Source: Bythopirellula sp. (lineage in GTDB: Bacteria; Planctomycetota; Planctomycetia; Pirellulales; Lacipirellulaceae). Taken from it: 64,000 bases of DNA. The notes beneath the pieces were generated by a model that worked only from the letters and a program-made list of their open reading frames with translations, did no database searches and was not told the DNA's origin. Location of the stretch: assembly GCA_965216565.1 (NCBI GenBank), contig OZ244170.1, positions 1,248,001 to 1,312,000 on the forward strand, given 5' to 3'. Of the stretch, positions 38,893 through 49,850 are shown piece after piece. The translations under genes and the position numbers were made by a program. Numbering within the stretch: the first letter of the stretch is position 1; every line of letters starts with the position of its first letter.

Positions 38893-39503
38893 TACAAGAT
38901 GCTGTAGTATATTGAGTTTCAGGGAGGGTTCCAAGCCCCTAATGTGCGGCGTAGAGAGGCTCTCAATAGTGTCACCCTTCATGCTGCATGGATGAGAGAT
39001 GATCTTGCGGCTCGCACACACTGTGAGAATGATATTTCTAACTGTCTCTTGTCTGGTATGCGGATCGATGGGCGGAGGGGGGCATCTTCTTAATCGTTCG
39101 AAATGTGCGATTGAAGTGCGGGAGGTTGCTAAAGCCATTCGAAAACGCGATGTCCGTGATCTTGTCGTCGATGTCAGTAAGTTGACGACGGGCCGCGGCG
39201 AATCGGATAGAGCTGGCAGTGATTCATCTGCCAGCTTCTTATCCACCCGACGGCATCGAAAAACTAAGGCATGTCGAGGAGAACATATTCACTCATATCC
39301 GCGATGACGATGAGTCTGGTGCAGAAATTGTTTTTGAAAAAATGATGCTGGTGAAGTCGTCCGTATGAAAGAGCATAGCAATTACTGGCCAAAGATTGAT
39401 TAAACTCTTCTTTGTGCTCTCTGCAGAGTAGTCGCCTCTCGATTTAATAATTAGTTGGAACATACAGCAGCAACCCAGTTGAAGTATCCGCAGGGAAATG
39501 TGG

Positions 39504-42209
39504 TTAGGGCTGCAGCTCTGATTCTTGCTCTGGGGTTTTGAGGGAGGCCTCTGCCTGTTTTAGTAATTCACTCAACTCGCTGGCGTTATCTTGCTGAGGG
39601 TCGAGCTCAAGTGTTCGTCTCAAATGATAAATGGCACGCTTAGGTCTGTGGTATTCCGGCATGGCATAGATCGAAGCAACATAGCGATGCACTTTCGCGT
39701 AGTCGGGGTCGACTCGAAGTGCCCGTAGATAGAGGGCTAGTGCTTTGGGAATCTCCTTCCTGTTAAAGTGATGCACGCCCAGATTCGCAAGGGCAATGGC
39801 ATTCGGATAAAACGGCTTCGCAGCAACTGCCGCACGGAAATGCTCGATCGCTTCTTGCTCTTTGCCCTGCAGACGGTAGAGCTGAGCCAAATTGACGTGG
39901 GCAGCATCCTGCCGCGAATCGTACTCGATAGCCAACTTGTAGTGTGTCTCAGCAAGATCTAACTGTTCTCTTCTTCGATATATTAATCCTAGATTGTTAT
40001 GTAGGATGCTAAACTTGGGAGAGACTTTCAGAGCACGCTCTGCAATTTCAAGTGCTTCATCGTGTTCCCCTTTTTGGCTCATTAGGGCAGCCAGAGTTGC
40101 CAGGGCGCGAACTTGGCTGGGGTCGAATTTCAATGCGATTTGCAATTCTCGCATCGCTTGTTCAGTCCTGCCTTGATGGATGAGGATATTGGCCAGTCCA
40201 TCATGAGCAATTCCGTTGAGGCTATCCAACCGGATGGCGTTTTCGAAGGCATCGCGAGCTTCGTCAAACCGACCAAATACCAAGTGCAACATTCCGATCG
40301 CATTATTTGCACTAGGCCCTGTCGTGCCAGGATCCATTTCGAGTGCTTTGCGATAAAGGCTCAATCCTTCATTCGGATCGCCTCCTTGCACTGCGAGCTG
40401 GCCTTGAATCAGATAAGCCTGAGCCGATTCCGGCTCGATTGCAAGAGCCTTTTCCAGTGCCGATTGCGCCTCCTTGAAATCTCTTTGTCTGAGGTGGAGG
40501 CCCGCGATGCTTAGCCACAATCCTTCATTGTTGGGTTCTGTTTCGACCGCAAACTGCAAGTGTGTCATGGCTCGCTCGAGCTCACCCATTTGCTGGTAAG
40601 CATGTGCGAGGATCGATCGAGCGTAAACGTCCCCAGGACTTTCTGCCAAGGCCTGTTCCAAAATTGGGATAGCGCCGAGCGGATCTCCTTCGGCCTTCAA
40701 GTGCATTGCCTTCTGAACCATCTCCCATTGCAGCACTTGGTCTTTTGGGTCGAGTAGATATGCTTCCTCGATCTCGTCGTCGGAAGAAGTTTTGATATAG
40801 CCAAGAGCCGCGAGGCGACGCATCGCTTCGTCGTCGACTTCCATATTCCCCAGGTCGATGCCCCCCTTTTTCGCCAAGTAGGGATCGTCCCCAAGCCAAT
40901 TGGCTAGTTGGTTTCCGAATTCTTTTACAAGGTTAGGACTGTCATCGTGGAGATTGTTTATTTCACCTGGATCTTCTACCAGGTCGTAAAGTTCAGGAGT
41001 AGGAGCCAAGATATATTTGTAGTCATCCCTGCGCACACCGATAAGTGGTGCCCAACCATGCATCGTCATGGTAGCGATTGTTTCGATCAGTACCGATCGT
41101 TCATCCTCAGCGGATTGCTTACATAAGTTGATGCCATCCAACTCTGCTGGGACATCCATACCTAACAAGTGGAGGATTGTGGGTGCGACATCAATGAGGC
41201 ATGTCTGACGCTCAAGGATTTTGCCTGCGGGTAGTCCTCCGGGGGCATGCCAGATCATTGGGACATGCAGAGTAGAATCATAGACAAGAAGCGAGTGTGT
41301 TTGCTCGCCATGCTCACCCAATCCTTCGCCGTGGTCCGAGGTGTAGATCACTAATGTCTTATCACGGACACCCAGATCTTCTAACTGCGACAACAAAACT
41401 CCTATTTGAGAGTCGACATAGGCGATTTCGCCATCGTAGGGATCGTGCTTGTATTGACTGCGAAATGGTTCGGGTGGCAAATAGACGGCGTGGGGATCGA
41501 AGTAGTGGACCCACATGAAAAAGGGTTTGTCGTCCCCAGCATTTTCACGCAACCACTTGGTGGCAGGCTCATTCGTTAGCTCGGCAGCTCGTTCGCGAAA
41601 CATGTTGGCCGAGTACTTCATCCCTTTGGTCAAATCGTCGTGATACAGGTCGAAACCCTGATCTAGCCCGTAGCGGGAATCAAGGACAAAGGCTGATACG
41701 AATGCGCCCGTTTGATAGCCTTCCGCTTTTAGTCGTTCAGCGAGGGTTGTCACATCGTCTTGTAAACGAAAGGTACCATTGGCACGTGCCCCATGATTGT
41801 AAGGATACAATCCGGTCAATAAGGAGCTATGAGCTGGCAAGGTCGAAGGCGAAGGCGTGGTGGCGTGCGCACAAAGTATGCCATCGGCAGCGAGCCGATC
41901 GAGCACAGGGGTTTTCACTCCGCGATTGCCGTAACAACCGATGTGGTCGGCGCGGGTGGTGTCGGTTGTGATTACCAGAATGTTGTAGTCGCTGAGAGCT
42001 CCTAGCTGAGTATCAATGTGGTCTACTTCTTCGGAGTCTAAAGTAATTTCTCCAGTGATCGCTTCGCGTTCAAGCAATTGCTCGTAACGTCGTGCCAGTA
42101 GAGCCCAGAGGGAGGCGAAAAGAAGAACTCCGGCCAGGGCGATCCAGAAACGCTCGGGCCACTTTGACTGCTTACCAGAATTGCTGGCCGGTTGGGCTGA
42201 TTCGGACAT
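39504..42209 (-). CDS. Membrane-anchored sulfatase-like hydrolase/transferase + C-terminal TPR array
   Basis: N-terminal TM; ITTDTTRADH; TLPAHSSLLTG; HYFDPH; SDHGE; ELYDLVEDPGE; RLAALGY; then many TPR-like repeats. Confidence 0.9.
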   Translation of the reverse strand: MSESAQPASNSGKQSKWPERFWIALAGVLLFASLWALLARRYEQLLEREAITGEITLDSEEVDHIDTQLGALSDYNILVITTDTTRADHIGCYGNRGVKTPVLDRLAADGILCAHATTPSPSTLPAHSSLLTGLYPYNHGARANGTFRLQDDVTTLAERLKAEGYQTGAFVSAFVLDSRYGLDQGFDLYHDDLTKGMKYSANMFRERAAELTNEPATKWLRENAGDDKPFFMWVHYFDPHAVYLPPEPFRSQYKHDPYDGEIAYVDSQIGVLLSQLEDLGVRDKTLVIYTSDHGEGLGEHGEQTHSLLVYDSTLHVPMIWHAPGGLPAGKILERQTCLIDVAPTILHLLGMDVPAELDGINLCKQSAEDERSVLIETIATMTMHGWAPLIGVRRDDYKYILAPTPELYDLVEDPGEINNLHDDSPNLVKEFGNQLANWLGDDPYLAKKGGIDLGNMEVDDEAMRRLAALGYIKTSSDDEIEEAYLLDPKDQVLQWEMVQKAMHLKAEGDPLGAIPILEQALAESPGDVYARSILAHAYQQMGELERAMTHLQFAVETEPNNEGLWLSIAGLHLRQRDFKEAQSALEKALAIEPESAQAYLIQGQLAVQGGDPNEGLSLYRKALEMDPGTTGPSANNAIGMLHLVFGRFDEARDAFENAIRLDSLNGIAHDGLANILIHQGRTEQAMRELQIALKFDPSQVRALATLAALMSQKGEHDEALEIAERALKVSPKFSILHNNLGLIYRRREQLDLAETHYKLAIEYDSRQDAAHVNLAQLYRLQGKEQEAIEHFRAAVAAKPFYPNAIALANLGVHHFNRKEIPKALALYLRALRVDPDYAKVHRYVASIYAMPEYHRPKRAIYHLRRTLELDPQQDNASELSELLKQAEASLKTPEQESELQP

Positions 42210-42320
42210 CAAATAAGTTCCCGATCCGTATGATTATTGGAGAGGCGATCTTTGCGAGTCCTTGGTGATGTTCCATTGTAGACTCACCACAGAGCACCGT
42301 CGCCCCGCTTTTGAGTTCAC

Positions 42321-42358
42321 AAAAAAATGAGCCGCAAACTCATTGAGTTGCGGCTCAT
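42321..42358 (-). terminator. Intrinsic terminator after the PEP-CTERM gene
   Basis: ATGAGCCGCAA...TTGCGGCTCAT 11-bp stem with a U run on the minus strand. Confidence 0.8.
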
Positions 42359-42383
42359 GGGATCGTCTGGAATTCTCAGTGAC

Positions 42384-43547
42384 TTAGGCTAGAAGTCGCC
42401 GTTGCCGTCTTGCTCGGAAACCTAATCCCAAGGAAGCAAGGCCACACAACAGCAAAATGGGAGCGGCTGGTTCAGGAACATGCTCGATGCCAATGCTGGC
42501 TGTGGCGAGGAAAGGTACGGCGATTATTTGGCTTCCAGGAATAAAAGCCGTAAAAGTGCTCGCCCAAGTACTGCTCTTTAAGATAACCGTGCTTCCAAGT
42601 CGTCCGACATTGTGGACTAGAGTACTGCTTGCCACTCTATGAACAACGCCTGCCGGAAAGTGAATAAAGTGCCCAGTTGCGGGGTCCACGTTACGAGGAA
42701 TAACGTATGCACTTTGGAAATCGTTTTGGCTGGGATTGGCGTTTGGAAATGGGTTATTGCTATTCGCTTGATGTCCGCCTGCAGTGAGATGCAATCCCTC
42801 TAGATCGTTAATCGACGAAGGCACTAACACACGGTGGCTGTTTGCCCATTGCCACGTAGTTGATCCCGGCGTAGGGACGGGTATCGACGTGCTGCCAGGG
42901 CTGGAGGCAAGGTGAATGGTCGTCGTAGCCGTATTGATTCGTGTATAGACAAACGTTGAATTTGGTTGGTGGTAGATGTCGGCGAACTTCAAATTGATAT
43001 CGATGTCGCTGTTGTTGATGGGATTGGTATTCTTAGCGACCAAATCGAGCGTAATTGCGGGAAACGCGCTACTGGGATTCAGGGTGATACCTGAACCAAA
43101 AGCCGCCGGATGAAACACAGGGAAGATCTCAGCGGTGCTACCTGGTGCAGGGCCACCACCTGGGGTTGCTCCCGATAGGGGGAAGGAATGTGGCTGAGGA
43201 ACGCCGCCTACTTTGACTGCAACGATATCGACTTCCGAGGGATCAGCGAGATGAACTTCTACTAAGACGCCAGCCCAATTGGGTAGCGCAAAACCAGAAG
43301 AATTATGCACGTCGATCGGAATCGAAATCGACTGGCCAGCGGACATCTGGGGAGTCTTAATGTCGGTGATCAAACCGCCATTGGGGTCGGGAAGGCCGCC
43401 AGAAGTTGCGCCGAGTGGAGTTGGGGGCGCTCCGCCTGGACCCGTCAAGAATTGGCCAAGAGCGGATTCTAAATCCAATCCACTGAAAGCTAGGAAACAG
43501 ATTGCGGTCAGAGAAACGAAAACGAATCTATGGTACCCGGACTTCAT
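42384..43547 (-). CDS. PEP-CTERM surface protein, Pro/Gly/Ser/Thr-rich, unknown function
   Basis: GGAGG RBS before MKSGY; signal peptide; HVPEP-TM-RARRQRR. Confidence 0.85.
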   Translation of the reverse strand: MKSGYHRFVFVSLTAICFLAFSGLDLESALGQFLTGPGGAPPTPLGATSGGLPDPNGGLITDIKTPQMSAGQSISIPIDVHNSSGFALPNWAGVLVEVHLADPSEVDIVAVKVGGVPQPHSFPLSGATPGGGPAPGSTAEIFPVFHPAAFGSGITLNPSSAFPAITLDLVAKNTNPINNSDIDINLKFADIYHQPNSTFVYTRINTATTTIHLASSPGSTSIPVPTPGSTTWQWANSHRVLVPSSINDLEGLHLTAGGHQANSNNPFPNANPSQNDFQSAYVIPRNVDPATGHFIHFPAGVVHRVASSTLVHNVGRLGSTVILKSSTWASTFTAFIPGSQIIAVPFLATASIGIEHVPEPAAPILLLCGLASLGLGFRARRQRRLLA

Positions 43548-43846
43548 GAGAGCTATCCTCCAACAAGAGCCGAACATATACGCAGAACGCAACGCAAAGA
43601 ATCTCCCCAGCTCTGTTCCCCTAGAAGTGTGCTAGGTAATACCAAAGCACATCTCTAGAATATCCGAAATCTTGTACCTGATGAAGCTAAAATCAAAAGA
43701 AATTGTCACTATTCCAGACGTCTGATCCTCAAATAGCCAAATGACCTAATCTAGCTAGTAGGATTGATACTCTGGATAAAACAATTGAGATGAAGTCCAA
43801 CTGACTATCCGGGTCAACCTCTTGGCTCGGTCGTGCCCGTAACCTA

Positions 43847-46800
43847 TTGGGCGTTAATACCTTGCGGAACCTATTGATCTATCTAATGTTCTTCATAAGC
43901 GGGGCCACTGGTCTTGTTTACGAAGTAATATGGATGCGGGAGCTGCGTCTCGTACTTGGTAGCTCTGTAGAGGCAGCCTCGACGGTTCTGGCTACCTTCT
44001 TAGGGGGGCTCGCCGTTGGCAGTTTTCTAGGTGCGCGGCTTTCTGTGAAGACGAATCCCCTCCGACGCTATGCGTGGGCAGAGTTGATTGTCGCCATTTC
44101 AGCATTAGGTGTGCTGCTTTGGATAGCCGTTTATCAATCTGTGTATCCAACACTCTATGCGTGGTGCGATGGAAACCCGGCAGCATTAAGGTTGGTCCAA
44201 GTGATGTTGTCGCTGATGGCCATGGGACCGCCAACGATTGCCATGGGGACGACCCTGCCTTTGATCTCTCGCGAGATTGTAAAGAGCATGAATCGTTTCG
44301 CCTGGCATACGGGATTGCTATACGCAGTCAACACGTTGGGCGCAATGTCAGGTGCTTTTCTTGCAGGTTTCTATTTGCCCATCTGGCTGGGGATGCAGGG
44401 CAGTATCTTCGTAGCGGCCACAATTAATGTCTTGGTGGGAATCGCTGCTTGGGTGCTTTCAAATCAAAGTTCCGCTGTTGAGACAAGGCCAGAGGCTCGG
44501 GAGAGCAGAGATTCTTCTTCGACAGTAGCAAGAACAAGTGTAGCATTCCCTTTATTGCTGTTAGCGGGGCTGTCCGGCTTTGGAAGTTTGTCGCTGGAAG
44601 TCGTCTACTTTCGTATGTTGAGCTATCACACAGAAGGTTCGGTCTACAGCTTTTCTTTGATGCTTGTTTTTGTGCTCGGCTTTCTCGCCTTGGCGGCTTT
44701 ATGGGTGGCCCGCACTCTCGACGAACAAGACGCATGGCGGTTCCTGGCGTGGACTCAATGGGCCGTTGTCATGGTGCTGATGATTACGCCACTGGTGTTT
44801 GGCGGCTTACCCTATTTTGCGGGTTACGAGGCTGAAGACACATTTGGCGAGCGGATGATTCGATATGCAGTTACTAGCGCTGCAATTCTCGGGCCATCCA
44901 TGTTACTGATCGGAGTTGTCTTGCCATGCACGTGGAAAATTGCGGCCAAGGAACTTGCGGAGAGTGGGAAGGTGGTTGGCCTACTCACAGGAGTGAACAC
45001 CTTGGCGGCTGTTGCTGGTTCCTTGGTAACAGGATTTCTGATCTTGCCCTTTAGCGGTCTGGGAATAACAACATTTGCGGTGACCTGTATCTATGGATGC
45101 ATCGCAATACTGTCGATGCTTTACGGCTTTCGAGGATTTCGGCGGTGGTTGGGCAGTGGAGTCTGTTTGGCAATGATCGTGGTCTGGTTTCTGATAGGTG
45201 GCTGGCGCGTTCAACTACTAAGACTTGAGCAAGGACAGAAACTTATTAGTTTCAACGATGGGGCCGATGCTACTGTCGCGGTGATTGAGCGAGCCGATGG
45301 ACATCGCGTGCTTAAAGTGAACCACGACTATACCCTCGGCTCCAGTGCCGGTGCAGACCGTGAGGTTCGGCAGGGCCGACTCCCTTTGGTAATGCATCCT
45401 GACCCTAAGCGTATTGCATTTGTGGGAGTTGCTACCGGGATGACCGTAAGTGCGGCATTGGACTTTCCGGTGGATCGCGTTGCTGCTGTGGAACTGCTGC
45501 AAGGAGTCGCCGACGCTTTGCCATCGTTTTCTGAATGGAACGGGAACATAGCGAACCACCCCGATATTGAGATAGTCGTAGAGGATGGCCGTAACTTTCT
45601 GGCAGGAACCAGTGAGCCGTTCGATGTTATCATCAGCGACCTATTTGTTCCCTGGCACGCGGGGACCGGAGATCTCTATAGCGTAGAGAACTATCAGGCG
45701 GCTCGAAATCGATTGGCACCCGGTGGAATATTCGCGCAATCTCTGCCCGGCTATCAGCTCTCGGTCGAAGAGTTACGCAGTATTACGGCTAGCATGCTCC
45801 AAGTGTTCCCGAACATCGTGCTGTGGCGAAATGACTACGACCTCGAGTATCCGATCCTTTGTCTTACAGGTTTTCGCGATGAGCTGTCGCTAGAGCCTGA
45901 GGCAGTCGCGCAACATGCAAAAAGGTTTAGAGCTACTACGCTAACGCCTGCCAAGTTTTTAGCCGACCCCTCTGGTTTGCCTCTGCTGTTTGTCTGTGGC
46001 CCCAAGGAATTGGAAAAGTGGTGCGAAGGGGCTGCTTTGAACACAGACAACTACCCACTAATAGAATTCAGCTCTCCCAAGAGTCTATTTGAGCATAGGC
46101 AACACGAGATGGAGCCCATTCACGATCTATTGGCTGAACTACGTTCCCATCATTGGCCTTTTGCGCAAGAACTGGGAGATAAGCCGGTGCAAGAATTGTT
46201 TCGAATCACAGATCTAGTAGTCGCAGCACAGCAAGCCTTTCGGGAACATAATTTTGAGCGAGAATTTCGTAAGGTTCGAGAGCTCGCACAACTCGCGAGT
46301 GACTCACCCTCTGTGACAGGCTATGTGATGTTTGTGGCGAAGCGTTATCAGAAAAGAAAAATGAATGAGCGTGGCGTTGAGTTGTTGGAACTACTCACCG
46401 AATCGGAAAATCCTCCAATCGCTGTCCAACTCTCGCTTGCTACCGAGCATATATCTATGGGCAATAATGCGAAAGCGATACAACAACTTAAGAAAGCTGC
46501 TGAAAAGGCTCCTGATTCTTACCGAGTGCATAAGAGCCTTGTGGAACTATTGGATCGGGAGAAGGATCATGTAGGAGCGGAGCAGTATCTTCGCAAACTC
46601 ATAGAATTGAAACCTGAGGATCAGTTCTTGAGGATCGATCTCGCTAAGAATCTCCACCAGCAAGGAGATTTTGAAAAAGCACAATCAGAAGTTGGGAAAC
46701 TTATTGAAGAGTGGCGCGGTTCCAACAGTAAGGACGTTTGGAAATATCTGCGAACTTCAGGCCTGGGGCGATACATCGATCGATCAGATCGAGCCAGTTC

Positions 46801-46858
46801 TGAGGACGAACTGGCACCAGCAGAGACAACGACGACGAACCCGGCAGAAAAGAATTGA
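43847..46858 (+). CDS. Fused multi-TM / spermidine-synthase-like SAM-binding domain / TPR protein
   Basis: SGATGLVYEVIW, LYAVNTLGA, GVATGMT, VEDGRNFL, FDVIISD, NTDNYPLIEF; C-terminal TPR-like repeats. Confidence 0.88.
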   Translation: MGVNTLRNLLIYLMFFISGATGLVYEVIWMRELRLVLGSSVEAASTVLATFLGGLAVGSFLGARLSVKTNPLRRYAWAELIVAISALGVLLWIAVYQSVYPTLYAWCDGNPAALRLVQVMLSLMAMGPPTIAMGTTLPLISREIVKSMNRFAWHTGLLYAVNTLGAMSGAFLAGFYLPIWLGMQGSIFVAATINVLVGIAAWVLSNQSSAVETRPEARESRDSSSTVARTSVAFPLLLLAGLSGFGSLSLEVVYFRMLSYHTEGSVYSFSLMLVFVLGFLALAALWVARTLDEQDAWRFLAWTQWAVVMVLMITPLVFGGLPYFAGYEAEDTFGERMIRYAVTSAAILGPSMLLIGVVLPCTWKIAAKELAESGKVVGLLTGVNTLAAVAGSLVTGFLILPFSGLGITTFAVTCIYGCIAILSMLYGFRGFRRWLGSGVCLAMIVVWFLIGGWRVQLLRLEQGQKLISFNDGADATVAVIERADGHRVLKVNHDYTLGSSAGADREVRQGRLPLVMHPDPKRIAFVGVATGMTVSAALDFPVDRVAAVELLQGVADALPSFSEWNGNIANHPDIEIVVEDGRNFLAGTSEPFDVIISDLFVPWHAGTGDLYSVENYQAARNRLAPGGIFAQSLPGYQLSVEELRSITASMLQVFPNIVLWRNDYDLEYPILCLTGFRDELSLEPEAVAQHAKRFRATTLTPAKFLADPSGLPLLFVCGPKELEKWCEGAALNTDNYPLIEFSSPKSLFEHRQHEMEPIHDLLAELRSHHWPFAQELGDKPVQELFRITDLVVAAQQAFREHNFEREFRKVRELAQLASDSPSVTGYVMFVAKRYQKRKMNERGVELLELLTESENPPIAVQLSLATEHISMGNNAKAIQQLKKAAEKAPDSYRVHKSLVELLDREKDHVGAEQYLRKLIELKPEDQFLRIDLAKNLHQQGDFEKAQSEVGKLIEEWRGSNSKDVWKYLRTSGLGRYIDRSDRASSEDELAPAETTTTNPAEKN

Positions 46859-46921
46859 CAAGGCATGCGAGTTTATCTCTTTGCCATCATGAATTGCTTT
46901 TAGAATCTGAAGATAACAATT

Positions 46922-47521
46922 ATGGCTGCTAAAGATTCCTCATTCGTCACGATTATTTCGGGCCTACCTCGTTCCGGTACGTCCATGATGATGCAGATGG
47001 TCGCCGCCGGGGGCATGAAGGTGTTGACTGATCAGGTTCGAGAGGCAGACGATGACAATCTAAAGGGATATTTTGAGTTTGAGCCTGTCAAAGCCACTAA
47101 ACAGGACAACTCTTGGGTTAAGCAGGCAGTGGGCAAGGCGGTGAAAGCTATTTACGCTTTCTTGATCGACTTGCCACCTGAATACGAATATCGAGTAATC
47201 TTTATGAGACGTCCGTTGCAGGAGGCCTTGCGTTCTCAGCAGAAGATGCTTCAAAGACTGGGGCAAAAGGGGGCTACCGCAGACCCGGAGCAATTGACTT
47301 CAATCTTTGAGCGCCAGCTTGCGAAAACTGAAAGATGGCTGGCCGAACAACAAAACTTTCGGTGCCTGGATATGCACTATAGTCACGTTATTCAGGACCC
47401 CCTTGCTGCGGCGAATGCGATTTGTGAGTTCCTCGATACTCCACTCGATACACAAGCCATGTCAGCGGCGGTGGATCCTTCACTCTATCGTCAACGTAGG
47501 CTTGAAACGGAGAAGGAGTGA
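46922..47521 (+). CDS. PAPS-dependent sulfotransferase family protein
   Basis: 5'-PSB SGLPRSGTS; 3'-PB-like MRRPLQEALRSQ. Confidence 0.82.
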   Translation: MAAKDSSFVTIISGLPRSGTSMMMQMVAAGGMKVLTDQVREADDDNLKGYFEFEPVKATKQDNSWVKQAVGKAVKAIYAFLIDLPPEYEYRVIFMRRPLQEALRSQQKMLQRLGQKGATADPEQLTSIFERQLAKTERWLAEQQNFRCLDMHYSHVIQDPLAAANAICEFLDTPLDTQAMSAAVDPSLYRQRRLETEKE

Positions 47522-47648
47522 GGCTACGAATTTGACAGTAGGTATATAGACGATGACAATAGCAAGTGCGTTTTAAGTGGAGACGCTTAAGACTGAGTTG
47601 TGGCCATTGGTCGGTTACGCCATCGCGCAAATACAAGTGTTACGCCAC

Positions 47649-49811
47649 ATGGTTCTTCATCTACTCGCAAGATACCTGCCGTTGCTATTGATTGCTTGTG
47701 CCGTGGTGGGCCCATTGGTTTTCTCTCACGTCGCTGCAGCGCAGACACAAGACGGTAACATCGGCCTCGCTTACATTGGTCCAGGTGCCGGTATTGCACT
47801 GTTCGGGTCGTTCTTGGCGGTGCTGATTGCCATGCTTTCCGCCTTTCTGGCAATTGTCACTTGGCCGGCACGTTGGGCGTGGCGATTTGTCCGAGGTTAT
47901 AAATCAAGAATGAAAGCCAAAGTTCGTAGGGTCGTGATTTTGGGTCTCGACGGGCTCGATCCGGATCTTGTCGATGAATATCTCGAAGAGGGGTTGCTCC
48001 CCAATCTTGCTCAATTGAAAGCGGAGGGAACCTACGCCAGATTGGGCACTACGTGGCCGCCGCTTTCACCCGTTGCCTGGTCGTCGTTCAGCACGGGCTC
48101 CAATCCAGGGAAACACAATATCTTCGATTTTGTATCGATCAATAACTCGACTTATCGTCCGCTAATGTCATCGGTTCGCATTCAACCGCCCCAACGACAT
48201 CTAGGCATAGGCAAGTATCGTATGCCTTTATCAAGACCTCGCATCGATGGGCTCCGGAAGAGCAAGCCATTTTGGAATGTACTGGGAGAGGCAGGAGTTT
48301 TCAGCGCGATCCTGCGAGTGCCGATCACTTTTCCGCCTGACAAATTCTATGGACTTCAATTGTCGGCCATGTGCGTTCCCGACTTGCACGGAACACAAGG
48401 CATGTTTGCCTATTTCTCTGAAGAAGGCAAAGAGGAAACGAACAAGAATGGAGATGCGGAGAGGACAGACCTTTCGGTTCAAAGAGACACTTCTGGCGTA
48501 ACCGGCTACCTGCCCGGCCCCGAGAATCCGCTCCGCAAAGATGGCCAGCAAGTGTCCTTACGTTTTGATGTTAAAAGGAATGCAAAGGGAAAGATCCTAC
48601 TATCAATTGCAGGCCAGTCCATTGAGCTCACTCCCCATGAACACAGCGAATGGGTACAGCTCCGTTTTCCTCTAGCTCCGGGAGTGAAGATCCGAGGGGT
48701 GTGCCGTTTCGTGCTCAAGCGTTTCGAGCCGCCCTTTGAGATGTATTGCACGCCGGTGAATATCGATCCCGACAAGCCAGTCTTGCCAATCTCGCACCCG
48801 AAAGTGTACGCCACCTATCTGGCTAAGCAACAAGGACCCTATGCGACGCTCGGACTGGCGGAAGACACGTCTTCGTTGTCGGAAGAGAAGATCACAGAGG
48901 ATGATTTTTTGGAACAAGCCTACGACATTCACTTAGAACGACAGAAGATGTTCTTTGACTCGCTGCAAAAGGTCCGCCGTGGGTTGATAACATGTGTATT
49001 CGACGGTCCGGACCGCATTCAACACATGTTCTGGAGGTTCATGGATGAGCGCCACCCGGCACGAGGCAGCGATCAAAAGCATCTCGAAAAGCATCGCGGT
49101 ACCATCCAGGAGATGTACTCAAGAATGGATGATTTGGTAGGTCGAACGAGGGAAGCTATCGACGAGAAGACGGCACTCGTGGTGATGTCTGACCATGGTT
49201 TTAAGCCGTTCCGACGTGGAGTTGATTTAAACGCCTGGCTGCTAGAAAACGGCTATCTGAAACTAAAGCAGAATGCAACGAATTCAGCAAACGAGTACCT
49301 GGAAGATGTGGATTGGTCGGAGACGCAAGCCTATGCAATTGGCTTGGCGGGGATATTTATTAATCAACGTGGCAGAGAAGCTGAAGGAATCGTCAAGCCA
49401 GGTACGGAGACGGAGGAGCTTGTCAAACAACTGTGCGAACAGTTAACTGGCTTAGCCGACCCTATGTGCGAAGAAGTAGCCATTCAACAGGCAGTCGCGC
49501 GAGAGGATGTCTACAGCGGCCCCTATGTGGACGCAGCGCCGGACCTGATCGTTGGCTACAACGTAGGCTATCGGGTGAGTTGGGATGCAGCCAATGGCAA
49601 GTGCGGGTCAGCAATATTCTCCGATAATAAGAAGGCCTGGAGCGGCGATCATTGTATCCATCCTGAACTCGTGCCGGGAGTTTTATTCAGCAATATAGAT
49701 CTTCGAAACGAGAAGCCGAACATTGTCGATCTCGCACCGACTGTTCTTGATCTTTTTGGCGTTAGCAAACCCGCTTACATGGATGGAGATTCGTTAGTCG
49801 CCGCGACCTAG
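47649..49811 (+). CDS. Alkaline-phosphatase-superfamily nucleotide pyrophosphatase/phosphodiesterase (membrane-anchored)
   Basis: Signal + AYIGPGAG + TM; LGLDGLD, LSPVAWSSFSTG, DRIQH, SDHGF, SGDH, DLAPT; alternative GTG start 47577. Confidence 0.88.
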   Translation: MVLHLLARYLPLLLIACAVVGPLVFSHVAAAQTQDGNIGLAYIGPGAGIALFGSFLAVLIAMLSAFLAIVTWPARWAWRFVRGYKSRMKAKVRRVVILGLDGLDPDLVDEYLEEGLLPNLAQLKAEGTYARLGTTWPPLSPVAWSSFSTGSNPGKHNIFDFVSINNSTYRPLMSSVRIQPPQRHLGIGKYRMPLSRPRIDGLRKSKPFWNVLGEAGVFSAILRVPITFPPDKFYGLQLSAMCVPDLHGTQGMFAYFSEEGKEETNKNGDAERTDLSVQRDTSGVTGYLPGPENPLRKDGQQVSLRFDVKRNAKGKILLSIAGQSIELTPHEHSEWVQLRFPLAPGVKIRGVCRFVLKRFEPPFEMYCTPVNIDPDKPVLPISHPKVYATYLAKQQGPYATLGLAEDTSSLSEEKITEDDFLEQAYDIHLERQKMFFDSLQKVRRGLITCVFDGPDRIQHMFWRFMDERHPARGSDQKHLEKHRGTIQEMYSRMDDLVGRTREAIDEKTALVVMSDHGFKPFRRGVDLNAWLLENGYLKLKQNATNSANEYLEDVDWSETQAYAIGLAGIFINQRGREAEGIVKPGTETEELVKQLCEQLTGLADPMCEEVAIQQAVAREDVYSGPYVDAAPDLIVGYNVGYRVSWDAANGKCGSAIFSDNKKAWSGDHCIHPELVPGVLFSNIDLRNEKPNIVDLAPTVLDLFGVSKPAYMDGDSLVAAT

Positions 49812-49850
49812 TGGCTCCGGCGAGAACTTACTTCTTCAAGGTAATAATCT

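Noticed and set aside
38669..39307. ORFs of 108, 189 and 102 aa around the tRNA
   Set aside because: Two overlap tRNA-Pro; none has a recognisable motif
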